This document shows, in pieces, positions 38,604 to 48,522 of a DNA stretch of 64,000 bases. The stretch comes from Flavobacteriales bacterium (GTDB taxonomy: Bacteria > Bacteroidota > Bacteroidia > Flavobacteriales_F > PHOS-HE28): assembly GCA_016718655.1 (NCBI GenBank), contig JADKCV010000001.1, positions 139,330-203,329 of the forward strand, read 5' to 3'. A program made the translations under genes and the position numbers. Numbering within the stretch: position 1 is the stretch's first letter; each line of letters opens with the position of its first letter. Under the pieces are notes generated by a model. That model made no database searches, was not told the DNA's origin, and saw only the letters and a list, made by a program, of their open reading frames with translations.

Positions 38604-39772
38604 AACGAACCATACACATAAATATAACCGTCACCAGTCTCAAGCAAACCAATGATACTTCCAAGAATGTAGTCAATTTCTCCTGTACCCGAGCTATATG
38701 CAAACTGACCACATCCACTAGGTCCATCCAGATCAGGTTCAAGAAATCCATTTTCATCCAGAATGGCCAACCCGCGTCTTAGCTCTCCGTCATAAGTTCT
38801 GTAAGGACCAAAAACTGCAATCCGTCCATCTGAAATCAGTTGATGGCGCGGTCGGGTAAACTGCCCCCAGTAAATTGGCTCATTGGGCCATAAAGGTAAC
38901 TCCCATGGAATTTGAATTATTTCCAATTCATTATTGAACGTTTCATCTATTGAACCATCGGGCAACAGCCTCACGAAATGAAGCGTATCTTGAGAACTGA
39001 ACGTTGTTTTTAATAATCCAGATAGTATTACACGACCATCAAAAAGTGGAGTGATACTCTTAGCATCACCCCAGGCTACCGCCGATACGAAGCTGGTATC
39101 AAGCACTCCACTGGGGTCCACCCGGAAAGTATATCCAACAGGCCTTCCGTCCCAAAATACACAATTACCTGAAAGGATAAATTTTCCATCTTCTTGTTGT
39201 ACAATCTTTGTGATGTCACAATTACCTCCCCTGCGAGGTGGTCGGCTTAAGTCCACTGAACCGGAATTGGTCAACCAAACCATATTATACAATCCAACAT
39301 ACCCTTCAGTCTCATAACTCAAACTAAATAGTCCAACCACAACGACAGATCCATCTGGATAAACGAAAAAGTCATTTATTGTTTCATTCGTAAAGTATTG
39401 ATCCGCAGGCAACTGGAAGCTCAAGTCACGCAACCCATCGCCATGAGCTCGCTGTAATCCACCACCACCTCCGATGATGTAGTACTTGTCCGCCCAAGGC
39501 TTGATCACATTTCCGCCTCCTGCAGCCACAGGAGCATTGGGAAAGGTTGCATCCCTTGAACCATTCGCATTGAGCCTTATCAATCCATAATTGTTCAATA
39601 GTGGATTATTTGTAAAATTCATTCTACCTGATAATAACAATTGGCCGTTATCAAGCAGGACCATAGAGTTGACATTTTCGGTGACTATCGCTGTTTGAAA
39701 AGAAGGATCGACGCTCCACGGCTGCTGCGCAAAGGCCATGGCGGCCCTCACCAGGAGGACCGCCATGGCCAT
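38273..39772 (-). CDS. delta-60-repeat secreted protein with T9SS C-terminal sorting domain (paralog 2)
   Basis: Signal peptide MAMAVLLVRAAMAFAQQ, delta-60 motifs (LLPDGSIDETF, DTSF), and a C-terminal ~110 aa nearly identical to paralog 1. The ORF-track start at 39802 is GTG overlapping the upstream stop; the ATG at 39772 is preferred. Confidence 0.65.
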   Translation of the reverse strand: MAMAVLLVRAAMAFAQQPWSVDPSFQTAIVTENVNSMVLLDNGQLLLSGRMNFTNNPLLNNYGLIRLNANGSRDATFPNAPVAAGGGNVIKPWADKYYIIGGGGGLQRAHGDGLRDLSFQLPADQYFTNETINDFFVYPDGSVVVVGLFSLSYETEGYVGLYNMVWLTNSGSVDLSRPPRRGGNCDITKIVQQEDGKFILSGNCVFWDGRPVGYTFRVDPSGVLDTSFVSAVAWGDAKSITPLFDGRVILSGLLKTTFSSQDTLHFVRLLPDGSIDETFNNELEIIQIPWELPLWPNEPIYWGQFTRPRHQLISDGRIAVFGPYRTYDGELRRGLAILDENGFLEPDLDGPSGCGQFAYSSGTGEIDYILGSIIGLLETGDGYIYVYGSFYGYHDGTTNYPQQRFISRLYGLDVGIAERRALPPLQPYPNPAGGTFTLELPLNAPAPLELLDASGRVVHTQLLRPGTHSHTVQSALPAGVYLLRVQEAQGVRRGRVVVE

Positions 39773-39798
39773 AACGCGCGTGCTATACTTCGAGCAGG

Positions 39799-42700
39799 TC
39801 ACGGTTGCACGATGAGTTTCTCTTGAGCAAGCGAAGCGCTATCGCTCCGCAGTTCCACAAGATACGCACCAGGAGCGAGACCACGGGTATCCAACACCAC
39901 TTGTTGTGTTGCATGTGCCAAGCGGTGACGTTGCACGACCTTGCCTGACAGATTCATGACTACGAGAGTAGCTTGATCGGCAGCGTTCGGAAGTACGATG
40001 GTGACCGCAGACCAGTTCGCAGTTGGGTTGGGGCTCATCGTAATAAGGGCCACGTCGTTCGGTTCAACATCGTTCACGATAGCGCGTGATTTGGAACCAC
40101 CATCGCCGGCTTCTCCGGTGTAGGGAGCAGCACAACGCTCATAATGGAAACACAAGAGGTTCTGTGCCCAGGTGGCTGCGCGATCACTGGAACCTTGGCT
40201 GATGGCCTCGAGCTGATCTTGCTCTGCGGGTGTTAACGCATCCAACGGCCGGTCAGTCTGTTTGAAGGCCTTCAACAGGTCGATGAGGGCCACCATCCGA
40301 TCCTTTTCGTAGATCTCCTTCTCGCGCAGCTTCGTGTGCTCCTGGGGAATGGCTGCCACCAGGTTGCGTGCAAAGTCGAACTCCCCACGTTGCATCCATC
40401 CGATTGCTTCGGCGTACCGGGCCGCTGGGGTACGGACCTCCTGCCAAAGCATCCGCAAGCTGTCCTGCGGGTCATAAACCGTATCACCCGAGTAGACCTC
40501 GATCAGCACGTTACCCGCCTGGGACATGGATGCATGCCGGTCGGCCATGGTCAGTTCAAGGTTCGTGCGGTATGTACGCACGTTCCAGCTGTCCTCAATG
40601 GCAGCCACCATGTACTCCTGCAGCGGATGCGGTGCGTCGCTCTTCAACCATGCGGTGAAGCCGTCCGCTTTGGTCGCATCCGGATTCGCTGCACAAACCT
40701 CCACATACATGGCTTGAGGCAGCTTGTTCTGGGCATTCAGGTCCTTGAGCACCGTGGTGCTCAAGTATGGGCTTTTGCTCATGAGGTAAGCACGCAGATC
40801 CCATGCATCCTGTGGCCAAGCATCCGTGATCTCTTGGACCACTTCATCCATGCTGCCACCATCGATCAGTTGGTCGTACAGGTAGCGTGTGGTACCATAG
40901 GCGATCTTCTCCGTTTCCATGAATGCCTTGATCTCGCCTGGGGTCAAACCGTCCGATAGCCCTGGTAAACGCTGAATGCGTTTGTTGCAGGTATTCGTCG
41001 GTGTAATGACCACTGGCTGAGGGTTCATCAAGAAGTTCTGGGCAGCAATGACCGGATCGCTACTGACCTGTGGGACGAACGGATCGACCCCGCTATTTCG
41101 ATGAAAGTACGAAATGGGGTTTAAGGTCGTCGTGACCCGGAAGTCCCACTTGTCGTTCGTACCGTCCCAACCATCGAACTGGTTGTCCATGGGCAGGTCT
41201 GTCTCCCCTTGATTGGCACGGATTGTGTGTAAGTCTTGAAGGTCATCGTCCTGGTCATTCGCCTTTCTACTCACCAGATTCCACTCGTTGTTCTGGTTGA
41301 CGTTGCACTTCAGCTGCAGGCCGATGACCGGCGTATAGCTGGGTGCAAGGCTCGCACAGACCCCTTCACCGACAAAACCACGCAGCAGGTTGGTACCGAT
41401 GTTCCGGAACACCACATCGTTGTGGTCCCTGCTGTAGCCGATCACCACACCTTCCGTGCGTATGTCATTGCCAGCATTCACGGACCGGCTCAGGGTATTG
41501 TCCTGCACCGTGAAACCATAGCCGTTGTAGGAGTATACACCGCGATGGAAATCCGCCCAGAAAGGTGTTTCCAAGGGGTTGGTCTGTGGCACACCTCTCC
41601 CTCCGATCTCGAAATTACTGCGCTTCGCCACAAAGCCGACGACACCGCTGGTGTACACCCCACAGATGTTATCGGTGAAGCGTGCGGCATCCACGGTGAA
41701 GTTGCGCAGGGCGTTGGGACCACCGATAGCGTGTATGCCGTGGTCGAGGCCGGTGAAGGTGCTGGGCACGGTGTTGCCTGTGGGGCACTCCTCGCCGGCA
41801 TTGAGCAGGATGGAGCAGCTGGGCAGCACTTGGAACTGGCTCTCGTAGCTCTCGATACCGTAGCCGAGGGCGGCGCTGCCGAGGGTGGCGTATTCCGCGT
41901 CGTTCACCAGGTTCTGGAAGTGGCACTTGCGGAAGATGACCCCGCTGACACGGTCCAGGCGCACGTGGCGCTTGAAGTTGAAGGGCTCGACGGTAAGGAC
42001 CTCATCCACCACGAAGGTGGACCCGTTGAAGCGGCTGCGGTTGAGGGGGAGCGGCTGTCCTTGTGGCACGAAGTCGGGGTACTTGCGCATGTCCACCGCG
42101 GTGATGCAGTTGCGGAAGGTGCAGCCATTGGCCAGGACCACGGCGCCGCCTTCTGAATTGGAGATGTTGTAGAGGTAGCCGTTGAAGCCCACCGTGCCAT
42201 TACCTGAAAGTATCCCGATGTAGGCATTGGACAGCGTGCAGTTGGTGAGTTGCACCATGCCCTGCTGGGCCGGCACACCCCAGGGTGCCTGTCCTTGCTG
42301 CGACTGACCAGGATCACCGAGCACAGCGATACCGGGCCACCGGTCGCCGGGGCAGTTGACGGCATCGAGGGTGGCGTTGTTCATCTGCAAGTAGCCCCCT
42401 TCTTGCACGATCACCCTTGCGTCGGCGGCGAACTTCCAGTTCATGTTGTTCACCACCAGTCGGGCGCCGGGTTCCACCACTACATCGCAGGTGAAGACCA
42501 CGGTGCTGGTGCCGGGTTGCACGGTGTTCTGGGTGCCGTTCCAGGTGATGGTGGTACCGGCAGCCTGGGTGTAGCCTTCCACCGTGGCGCCGGGTACGGT
42601 CTCGAAGTAGCTGCAGCACTGCGCCTTGCTGGCGGTGGAGAGGTGTTGGTCGCCGGAGACGGAGGTGTTCAGGAAGCGCTGGAACAAGTTCGATCCATTG

Positions 42701-44178
42701 ACCACAGGTTGCGCGAACAGCGGCGCAACGGCTGACAAGCTGTTCACAACACTGAAGCTTGGTGTGGCGCCATTAAAGTCGTTCACCACACCTACACTGG
42801 TGGAGCTTCCCGTGAGGTAGATGGATTCACCGTTGGTACTGAGACCGCGATTCCGGTAAATGCGCCCGTGCATGTACGGGGTGGGAATACCCAAGCTCAC
42901 ATTGAGGTCAGTGAACAGCTCCGGACCGAGATCCAAGTAGCCGAACTTGGGAGTCCAAGTCACGCAATCGGGAGTGGTCTCCATGGACAAAAAGATGCGT
43001 TGACCATCAGCGGCAATGGCACAACCGGCGATTCCACCGGGACTGCCAGCGGCTGTACTCGGGCAGGTAACACCTCCGAGGGGCGCCTCAAGTCCAAAGA
43101 CGTCATTCGAACCGGGCAACATGACACCGGTAGTCCCATTGAAAAGCATAGAGATGAGATTGCCATTGGGTGTGGAGGCCGGGAACGGTGTGAACCTGAA
43201 ATTGCTTGTCGCCGCGTAGCGGATGGTCCCATTGCTCAGCCTTCTGGCATCACTATCATGGAAATAGTAGGTCTGGGTCCCTGGGTTGTCATAGTCATCA
43301 TCCAAGGGGATGAGATACGTGTTGTCGCCCACGGTCCCAGGTAACGATTGCTGCACAGGGATCACACCATTCGCACTGATGCGATACACATGTAGAGTGC
43401 TTGCCGTCTTGAAGAAGAGAAAACTATCGTCATCGGGTCCTTCGCCGGCCACGATACGGATCTGGGGGGCTAGCCCCTTGGCGCCGAAGTTCACCATCCA
43501 GAGTTCCAAGACCCTATCGCTTGTCGGCAATAAGGAAGTGGATGGCTCATACCACGCCCTGAATTCGGATGCCAGCCAATCCTGCAGCTGCGGAAGACGT
43601 TGCTCCATTTCAGTAATGGTGAGGATACGCCCCATCTGCGGCGTGCATTCCGAAGCCGGCGCATCGGGGTCGGTGGGCAGATCCATGTCCAACACGGAGA
43701 ACTGAACAAAAGCATTATGGGCATTGGGAACGGGGATCGAGGAGGGAACCCCACTGAACAGAAAATAAGAACCACACGTGCCAGGAACTGGCACGCTCAG
43801 AAACTCCATGGCGCCCGGGGCCAGGCATACCGTGCAGTTCGGCGCTCGCTGATCGGCAATGCGATAACCATCGCCGTTATACAGGTTGCCATCAACTGCA
43901 AAGAAGATGATGGATCCATCGCCGTTGGTCCGGATGTGATGGGAGCGCGTAGGCACTTGCCCGGCATAGCCATCGGGTCCGCCGGGTGTGGGTAGCGCCA
44001 CGGCCGGGCCGATCACCGGCACATCGGGGGCGGTGTTCACCCAGGAACCTGCTGTGCCGGCCGGGTTGGTAAGGACCCAGGCGTCGGCTTGTGCATGGGT
44101 CTCCATGGCCCCCCATCCGCACCAAGCAGCGATGCAGGCAGCCCATACGAACGTTCGTGATCGTTTCGTTGTGTCCAT
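39799..44178 (-). CDS. very large (about 1460 aa) secreted protein with T9SS C-terminal sorting domain; probable beta-helix/adhesin-like passenger
   Basis: Signal peptide; asparagine/glycine-rich repeats suggestive of right-handed beta-helix (NCTLSNAYIGILSGNGTV, ANGCTFRNCITAVDM); C-terminal CTD SPNPTANWSAVTIVLPN...GAYLVELRS...EKLIVQP. Confidence 0.55.
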   Translation of the reverse strand: MDTTKRSRTFVWAACIAAWCGWGAMETHAQADAWVLTNPAGTAGSWVNTAPDVPVIGPAVALPTPGGPDGYAGQVPTRSHHIRTNGDGSIIFFAVDGNLYNGDGYRIADQRAPNCTVCLAPGAMEFLSVPVPGTCGSYFLFSGVPSSIPVPNAHNAFVQFSVLDMDLPTDPDAPASECTPQMGRILTITEMEQRLPQLQDWLASEFRAWYEPSTSLLPTSDRVLELWMVNFGAKGLAPQIRIVAGEGPDDDSFLFFKTASTLHVYRISANGVIPVQQSLPGTVGDNTYLIPLDDDYDNPGTQTYYFHDSDARRLSNGTIRYAATSNFRFTPFPASTPNGNLISMLFNGTTGVMLPGSNDVFGLEAPLGGVTCPSTAAGSPGGIAGCAIAADGQRIFLSMETTPDCVTWTPKFGYLDLGPELFTDLNVSLGIPTPYMHGRIYRNRGLSTNGESIYLTGSSTSVGVVNDFNGATPSFSVVNSLSAVAPLFAQPVVNGSNLFQRFLNTSVSGDQHLSTASKAQCCSYFETVPGATVEGYTQAAGTTITWNGTQNTVQPGTSTVVFTCDVVVEPGARLVVNNMNWKFAADARVIVQEGGYLQMNNATLDAVNCPGDRWPGIAVLGDPGQSQQGQAPWGVPAQQGMVQLTNCTLSNAYIGILSGNGTVGFNGYLYNISNSEGGAVVLANGCTFRNCITAVDMRKYPDFVPQGQPLPLNRSRFNGSTFVVDEVLTVEPFNFKRHVRLDRVSGVIFRKCHFQNLVNDAEYATLGSAALGYGIESYESQFQVLPSCSILLNAGEECPTGNTVPSTFTGLDHGIHAIGGPNALRNFTVDAARFTDNICGVYTSGVVGFVAKRSNFEIGGRGVPQTNPLETPFWADFHRGVYSYNGYGFTVQDNTLSRSVNAGNDIRTEGVVIGYSRDHNDVVFRNIGTNLLRGFVGEGVCASLAPSYTPVIGLQLKCNVNQNNEWNLVSRKANDQDDDLQDLHTIRANQGETDLPMDNQFDGWDGTNDKWDFRVTTTLNPISYFHRNSGVDPFVPQVSSDPVIAAQNFLMNPQPVVITPTNTCNKRIQRLPGLSDGLTPGEIKAFMETEKIAYGTTRYLYDQLIDGGSMDEVVQEITDAWPQDAWDLRAYLMSKSPYLSTTVLKDLNAQNKLPQAMYVEVCAANPDATKADGFTAWLKSDAPHPLQEYMVAAIEDSWNVRTYRTNLELTMADRHASMSQAGNVLIEVYSGDTVYDPQDSLRMLWQEVRTPAARYAEAIGWMQRGEFDFARNLVAAIPQEHTKLREKEIYEKDRMVALIDLLKAFKQTDRPLDALTPAEQDQLEAISQGSSDRAATWAQNLLCFHYERCAAPYTGEAGDGGSKSRAIVNDVEPNDVALITMSPNPTANWSAVTIVLPNAADQATLVVMNLSGKVVQRHRLAHATQQVVLDTRGLAPGAYLVELRSDSASLAQEKLIVQP

Positions 44179-44418
44179 GTTTGTGAGGTTTTGGTACGGC
44201 AACAACACCGTTCACAAACCTTTCCCTACCGTACCTGCACATCCAATGCACGCCATGCACATCAGGTGCTTTCTTGGTGAGGTTCGTACACGGAAATTGC
44301 GATCCATGCACACGGAAATAAGATATACATCTGATCTTCAGCCATGTGCGCGCACGGCGCTCGATGTGCTATTTTGGCCATACGCAACACCTCTCAGGTG
44401 AACCAATCCATCACATTC

Positions 44419-44871
44419 ATGTTCAGCGAAGAACTGAAAGCACTACGGACCCGGCTCGGTCTTACTCAACAGGAAATGGCCGACCGCCTGAACATGGACC
44501 GTAGCAACTACTCCCGCTTGGAACATAAGGAGCATCCGCCAGCTCACCTATTGGACCGCATCCATAAGGAGTTCCAAGTGGATGCTTGGTCGTGGATGCG
44601 TCCGGTGGAGCCGGAAGAACGGGAGGAGCAAGGCCCCCGATTGGTGCACCTGCGCAATGCCCATGACCAGGAGCCCGCTGAAGAAAGCAATTGGCGGCTG
44701 AAAGCAGTGGATCTGCTCGGGCGCATCACGGACCTGCTTGCAAGTATGATCAAGGACCCCAGCAAACGCGGGGGGGGGGGGGGAGTAACTAGAATACCCG
44801 CCATGGAACAGCCAAAGGCCCCCGATCGCTCGGGGGCCTTCCTGCTTATGGTGTATGGAATTGGGTTCTAG
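44419..44871 (+). CDS. XRE-family helix-turn-helix transcriptional regulator (C-terminal extent uncertain, G14 tract)
   Basis: HTH LRTRLGLTQQEMADRLNMDRSNYSRLE. The ORF continues through a G14 run (44770-44783) and the repeated hairpin element to a stop overlapping the convergent neighbour. The true stop is probably just after the G run in another phase. Confidence 0.6.
   Translation: MFSEELKALRTRLGLTQQEMADRLNMDRSNYSRLEHKEHPPAHLLDRIHKEFQVDAWSWMRPVEPEEREEQGPRLVHLRNAHDQEPAEESNWRLKAVDLLGRITDLLASMIKDPSKRGGGGGVTRIPAMEQPKAPDRSGAFLLMVYGIGF
44770..44783 (+). repeat. G14 homopolymeric tract
   Basis: gcGGGGGGGGGGGGGGagtaa, counted directly from the sequence. Confidence 0.8.
44807..44860 (+). repeat. 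~50-nt repeated hairpin element, copy 2
   Basis: GAACAGCCAAAGGCCCCCGATCGCTCGGGGGCCTTCCTGCTTATGGTGTATGGA; about 51/54 identical to the copy at 36430. Confidence 0.6.
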
Positions 44872-45563
44872 AATTCAACGGGCAATTTGATCCGTACGCG
44901 GACGGGTTGCCCCTTCTCCTCACCCGGGGTCCATGGTGAGGTGGCGCGGATGGCATCGGCCAAGCGCTGATCGAAGGCGGGATCCTGACCTTCCAGGACC
45001 TTGATATCGGTGATGTCACCGGTCTTTTCCACGACGAACGTGGCCAGTGCGTCCTTCTTCGGGGCTTTGTCGCCGGGTCGCACCATGTGATCATTGATCG
45101 TACGCACCAAGGCCTTCTCACCACCGGGGTAGGCGGGCATGGTCTGGGCGCGGGTGTAGATGATGTTGGCCAGGGGTTCGGGGTCGTAGACCTTCTCGGC
45201 CAGGGGACGACCCCACTGATCGAAGCGGGCCCACACACCGGCCTTGTGGCCCATGACGTATTCACCCTTGCTTTCCACTTTGCCGTTGGCGTGGTAGAAC
45301 ACGAATTCGCCGTGTTCGATGTTCAGTTGCTTATCGACATAAGTACCTTCCGCCTTCACCTTACCATCGAGCGTGAAGGTCGTGGCGAGCACCAACCCCT
45401 CCTTCTCCCCGATCGGCTTGCGGTAATAAGCCGCGTTCTTGCGCGTGGTGGAGGCCAACACCGCATCGAGGTACTGCTTCTCGTCCTCCTGCGCCAAGGC
45501 CGTACCACAACCCAACGTGCTGGTGATGATCAGGAACAGGATGGATAGCGGACGCTGGAGCAC
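44868..45563 (-). CDS. periplasmic protein with TonB-C-terminal-type domain
   Basis: Signal peptide and lipobox-like LGCG; C-terminal AQTMPAYPGGEKALVRTINDHM...VVEKTGDITDIKVLEG...WTPGEEKGQPVRVRIKLPVEF matches the TonB_C fold pattern. Confidence 0.55.
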   Translation of the reverse strand: MLQRPLSILFLIITSTLGCGTALAQEDEKQYLDAVLASTTRKNAAYYRKPIGEKEGLVLATTFTLDGKVKAEGTYVDKQLNIEHGEFVFYHANGKVESKGEYVMGHKAGVWARFDQWGRPLAEKVYDPEPLANIIYTRAQTMPAYPGGEKALVRTINDHMVRPGDKAPKKDALATFVVEKTGDITDIKVLEGQDPAFDQRLADAIRATSPWTPGEEKGQPVRVRIKLPVEF

Positions 45564-45622
45564 GGGCCTAGGGACGTTGGTTCGGTCCCTTCCAACGGCA
45601 GTCAGTGGAAAAGGTTACGGGC

Positions 45623-47161
45623 TTACCCTGCCCACCCCTCACGGTCCAGGCTCCGGTACTGGATGGCCTCGGCCAGGTGCTCGGTCCGGATGTCGGTGCT
45701 GCCTGCCAGGTCGGCGATGGTGCGGGCCACCTTGAGGATACGGTCGTAAGCGCGGGCGCTGAGGCCAAGGCGTTCCATGGCCTTCTCCAACAAGGCCTTG
45801 CCGGTGGCATCGATGCGGCAGATGGCGCGAAGCTCCTTGCTACCCATCTGCGCGTTGCAGTGCATGTCCTGACCCGTGTAGCGTTGCTGTTGCACCAAGC
45901 GCGCGGCGATGACCCGCTCCCGCATATCGGCGCTTCGTTCACTGGCGCGTTCGGCACTCAGTTCACTGAAAGGTACCGGCGTCACTTCGATGTGGATGTC
46001 GATGCGATCCAACAGCGGGCCGCTCACCTTGTTGAGGTACTTCTGCACCACACCAGGCGCGCAAACGCATTCCTTGTCCGGGTGGTTGTAGTACCCGCAG
46101 GGGCAGGGGTTCATGGCGGCCACGAGCATGAAGCTGGCCGGGTACTCCACCGTGAAGCGTGCGCGGCTGATGGTGACCACGCGATCCTCCAGCGGTTGGC
46201 GCAGCACCTCCAGCACCTGGCGTTTGAACTCGGGCAGTTCATCCAGGAAGAGCACACCGTTGTGTGCCAAACTGATCTCGCCCGGCTGCGGGAAGGAACC
46301 GCCACCCACGAGGGCCACATCGCTGATGGTGTGGTGCGGGCTGCGGTAGGGGCGCACACTGAGCAGGCTGTCCTCCTTTCGGAGCTTGCCGGCGACGCTG
46401 TGGATCTTGGTGGTCTCCAGCGCCTCGTCGATGTTGAGGGGTGGCAGGATGGTGGGCAGGCGCTTGGCCAGCATGGTCTTACCGGCGCCTGGCGGCCCGA
46501 TGAGGATGATGTTGTGACCGCCTGCCGCAGCGATCTCGAAGGCGCGTTTGATGTTCTCTTGGCCCTTCACGTCGGCGATGTCCACCGGGTAGCTCTGGCT
46601 GCTGTTGGCGAACTCGGCAGCGATGTCGACCACGGTGGGAGCCAGCGCGGAACGGTCGTGCAGAAGGTCCACCACCTCGGTAAGGTGTTCCACGCCATAG
46701 ACGGTAAGGCCGTGAACGATGGCCGCTTCGCGTGCATTGGCAGCGGGAAGGATCACCCCCTTGAATCCCTTGGCCTTGGCCTCGATGGCGATGGGCAAAG
46801 CACCCTTGATGGGCCGCACACCACCATCCAATGACAGTTCGCCCATCACCAGGAAGTGTTCGAGCATCGCGGCGGGTACCTGTTCGGTGGCGGCGAGCAG
46901 CCCCACTGCCAATGGCAGGTCGTATGCGGTTCCCTCTTTCCGGATGTCTGCCGGTGCGAGGTTGATGGTGACACCCTTTCCGCGGGGGAAGTAGAGGCCA
47001 TTGTTGCGGAAGGCGGCATCCATGCGTTGCTGGCTCTCCTTCACCGCACTATCCGGCAAGCCCACGAGGAAGAAGAACGCACCATTCTCCACGTTCACCT
47101 CGGCGGTGACGATGGTGGCGTTGATGCCGAAGACGGCGCTGCCGTAGACCTTGACGAGCAT
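45623..47161 (-). CDS. comM: YifB/ComM-family Mg-chelatase-like AAA+ ATPase
   Basis: Lon-protease-like N-domain, Walker [25 protein letters not shown] Walker B, C-terminal Mg-chelatase ChlI domain. Confidence 0.9.
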   Translation of the reverse strand: MLVKVYGSAVFGINATIVTAEVNVENGAFFFLVGLPDSAVKESQQRMDAAFRNNGLYFPRGKGVTINLAPADIRKEGTAYDLPLAVGLLAATEQVPAAMLEHFLVMGELSLDGGVRPIKGALPIAIEAKAKGFKGVILPAANAREAAIVHGLTVYGVEHLTEVVDLLHDRSALAPTVVDIAAEFANSSQSYPVDIADVKGQENIKRAFEIAAAGGHNIILIGPPGAGKTMLAKRLPTILPPLNIDEALETTKIHSVAGKLRKEDSLLSVRPYRSPHHTISDVALVGGGSFPQPGEISLAHNGVLFLDELPEFKRQVLEVLRQPLEDRVVTISRARFTVEYPASFMLVAAMNPCPCGYYNHPDKECVCAPGVVQKYLNKVSGPLLDRIDIHIEVTPVPFSELSAERASERSADMRERVIAARLVQQQRYTGQDMHCNAQMGSKELRAICRIDATGKALLEKAMERLGLSARAYDRILKVARTIADLAGSTDIRTEHLAEAIQYRSLDREGWAG

Positions 47162-47202
47162 GGCATGTTTTCGATCACACCCGGAGCCGCTGTGGCGTCG
47201 AC

Positions 47203-47223
47203 CCAATGGGTCGACCTATGCGG
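47203..47223. repeat. REP-like palindrome, copy 2 (GCGTCGACCCAATGGGTCGAC)
   Basis: Same core (CGTCGACCCA-N-TGGGTCGAC) as the terminator hairpin at 5457-5483. Confidence 0.55.
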
Positions 47224-47261
47224 CCAAGGGGATTGTGGATGATGTCAATGGTACCCATCGA

Positions 47262-47867
47262 TCAAGCATTAGGGTCGCGCCGGCGCGGTTCCGCCATATC
47301 GCGTTCGATGTGATCGATGAAAGCGTGGATGACCTTGATGTGAACCTCTTGGATGCGATCGGCGTAACCGTTGTGGGGTACGCGCACTTCCACGGTGCAG
47401 AGTTCCGCGAGTTTGCCGCCGTCCTTGCCCGTGAGGCCGATGACGTGCATGTTCTTCGCCCGGGCCACCTCGGCGGCGCGTAGGACATTCGGGCTGTTCC
47501 CGCTGGTGCTGATGGCGAGCAGCACATCACCCTCGCGACCGTGGGCTTGTACGAAGCGTGCGAACACTTGCTCGAAGCCATGGTCATTGCCCACGCAGGT
47601 GAGGTGGCTTGGGTCACTGATGCTCAGGGCGGCGATGGGCGGGCGGTCGTCGCGGTAGCGGCCGGTGAGTTCCTCGGCGAAATGCATAGCATCGCACATG
47701 CTGCCGCCGTTCCCACAGCTGATGACCTTGGCGCCCTGCTTGAGGCAATAGCTCATGAAGGCGGCGGCCTGCTCCACGGCGGTGATATTGGCCGGATCGG
47801 CGAGGAAGCGCTGGAGGACGTCGGCGGCCTCGGAGAAATGCGAACGGATACGTGCTTCGGTGCTCAT
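47262..47867 (-). CDS. gmhA: D-sedoheptulose-7-phosphate isomerase (SIS domain)
   Basis: SIS-domain motifs: [21 protein letters not shown] and [13 protein letters not shown]. Confidence 0.85.
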   Translation of the reverse strand: MSTEARIRSHFSEAADVLQRFLADPANITAVEQAAAFMSYCLKQGAKVISCGNGGSMCDAMHFAEELTGRYRDDRPPIAALSISDPSHLTCVGNDHGFEQVFARFVQAHGREGDVLLAISTSGNSPNVLRAAEVARAKNMHVIGLTGKDGGKLAELCTVEVRVPHNGYADRIQEVHIKVIHAFIDHIERDMAEPRRRDPNA

Positions 47868-47882
47868 TGTCCCAAAGATGCA

Positions 47883-48410
47883 TCAAAGCGGGTCGCCGCC
47901 GCGGTAGCCGATACGAAGGCGATCGCCGGTCGGATGGTCAAGCAAGTGCTTCACCACTTCAAAGAGCTCACTTACGGCGGTGTCGGTCCGTTCCTGCCGT
48001 CCCTCCAGGCGCTCCACGCGCAATTGGAGCTCAAGGTCGTTCTGCAGGAGCCGGTTCAGCCGGACGAACACCCGCATGATGCGGATATTCACCGCGATGG
48101 CCTGTTCGCTATTGAGCACGCTGGAGAGCATGAGCACGCCGTGTTCGGTGAATGCAAAGGGAGGCAGCCTACGACCTCCCCATGATCTTGATATCGCAGG
48201 TTGCGATGTCAAGTTGGCCCATTCCTCTTTCGTCAGGGCGAACATGAAATCCTCCGGGAACCGGCTCATATTCCGTTTCACCGCCTCGTTCAACCGGAAG
48301 GTCGGCACGCCATACAATACGGCCAGGTCGTGCGCCAACATCACCTTCTGCCCACGAACCCAGTGGATCCGCGCAGCGATCGCCTCCTCGGGCCATGCTT
48401 CTGCTACCAT
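47883..48410 (-). CDS. ORF6N-domain (KilA-N-related) protein
   Basis: IHWVRGQKVMLAHDLAVLYGVPTFRLNEAVKRNMSRFPEDFMF...WGGRRLPPFAFTEHGVLMLSSVLNSEQAIAVNIRIMRVF follows the ORF6N consensus closely. Confidence 0.7.
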   Translation of the reverse strand: MVAEAWPEEAIAARIHWVRGQKVMLAHDLAVLYGVPTFRLNEAVKRNMSRFPEDFMFALTKEEWANLTSQPAISRSWGGRRLPPFAFTEHGVLMLSSVLNSEQAIAVNIRIMRVFVRLNRLLQNDLELQLRVERLEGRQERTDTAVSELFEVVKHLLDHPTGDRLRIGYRGGDPL

Positions 48411-48422
48411 GCTCTCGACCGG

Positions 48423-48440
48423 TTGACGAATTATTCGTCA
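48423..48440. promoter_or_regulatory. palindromic candidate operator upstream of the ORF6N gene
   Basis: TTGACGAAT-T-ATTCGTCA(g) inverted repeat 13 nt upstream of the start; a second TTGACGAA and the hairpin CTTGTT-GACGAAAA-AACAAG follow at 48465-48484. Confidence 0.4.
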
Positions 48441-48522
48441 GGCGATCGGCGATTAATATGGCAACTTGTTGACGAAAAAACAAGAAGCGGTCTTACACGA
48501 GGCTTGTAGTACGTGGTTGATG

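Noticed and set aside
44770-44783. G14 tract as a G-quadruplex or CRISPR-like feature
   Set aside because: It is a single homopolymer with no repeat-spacer structure. It is kept as a contingency/phase-variation or sequencing-error candidate only.
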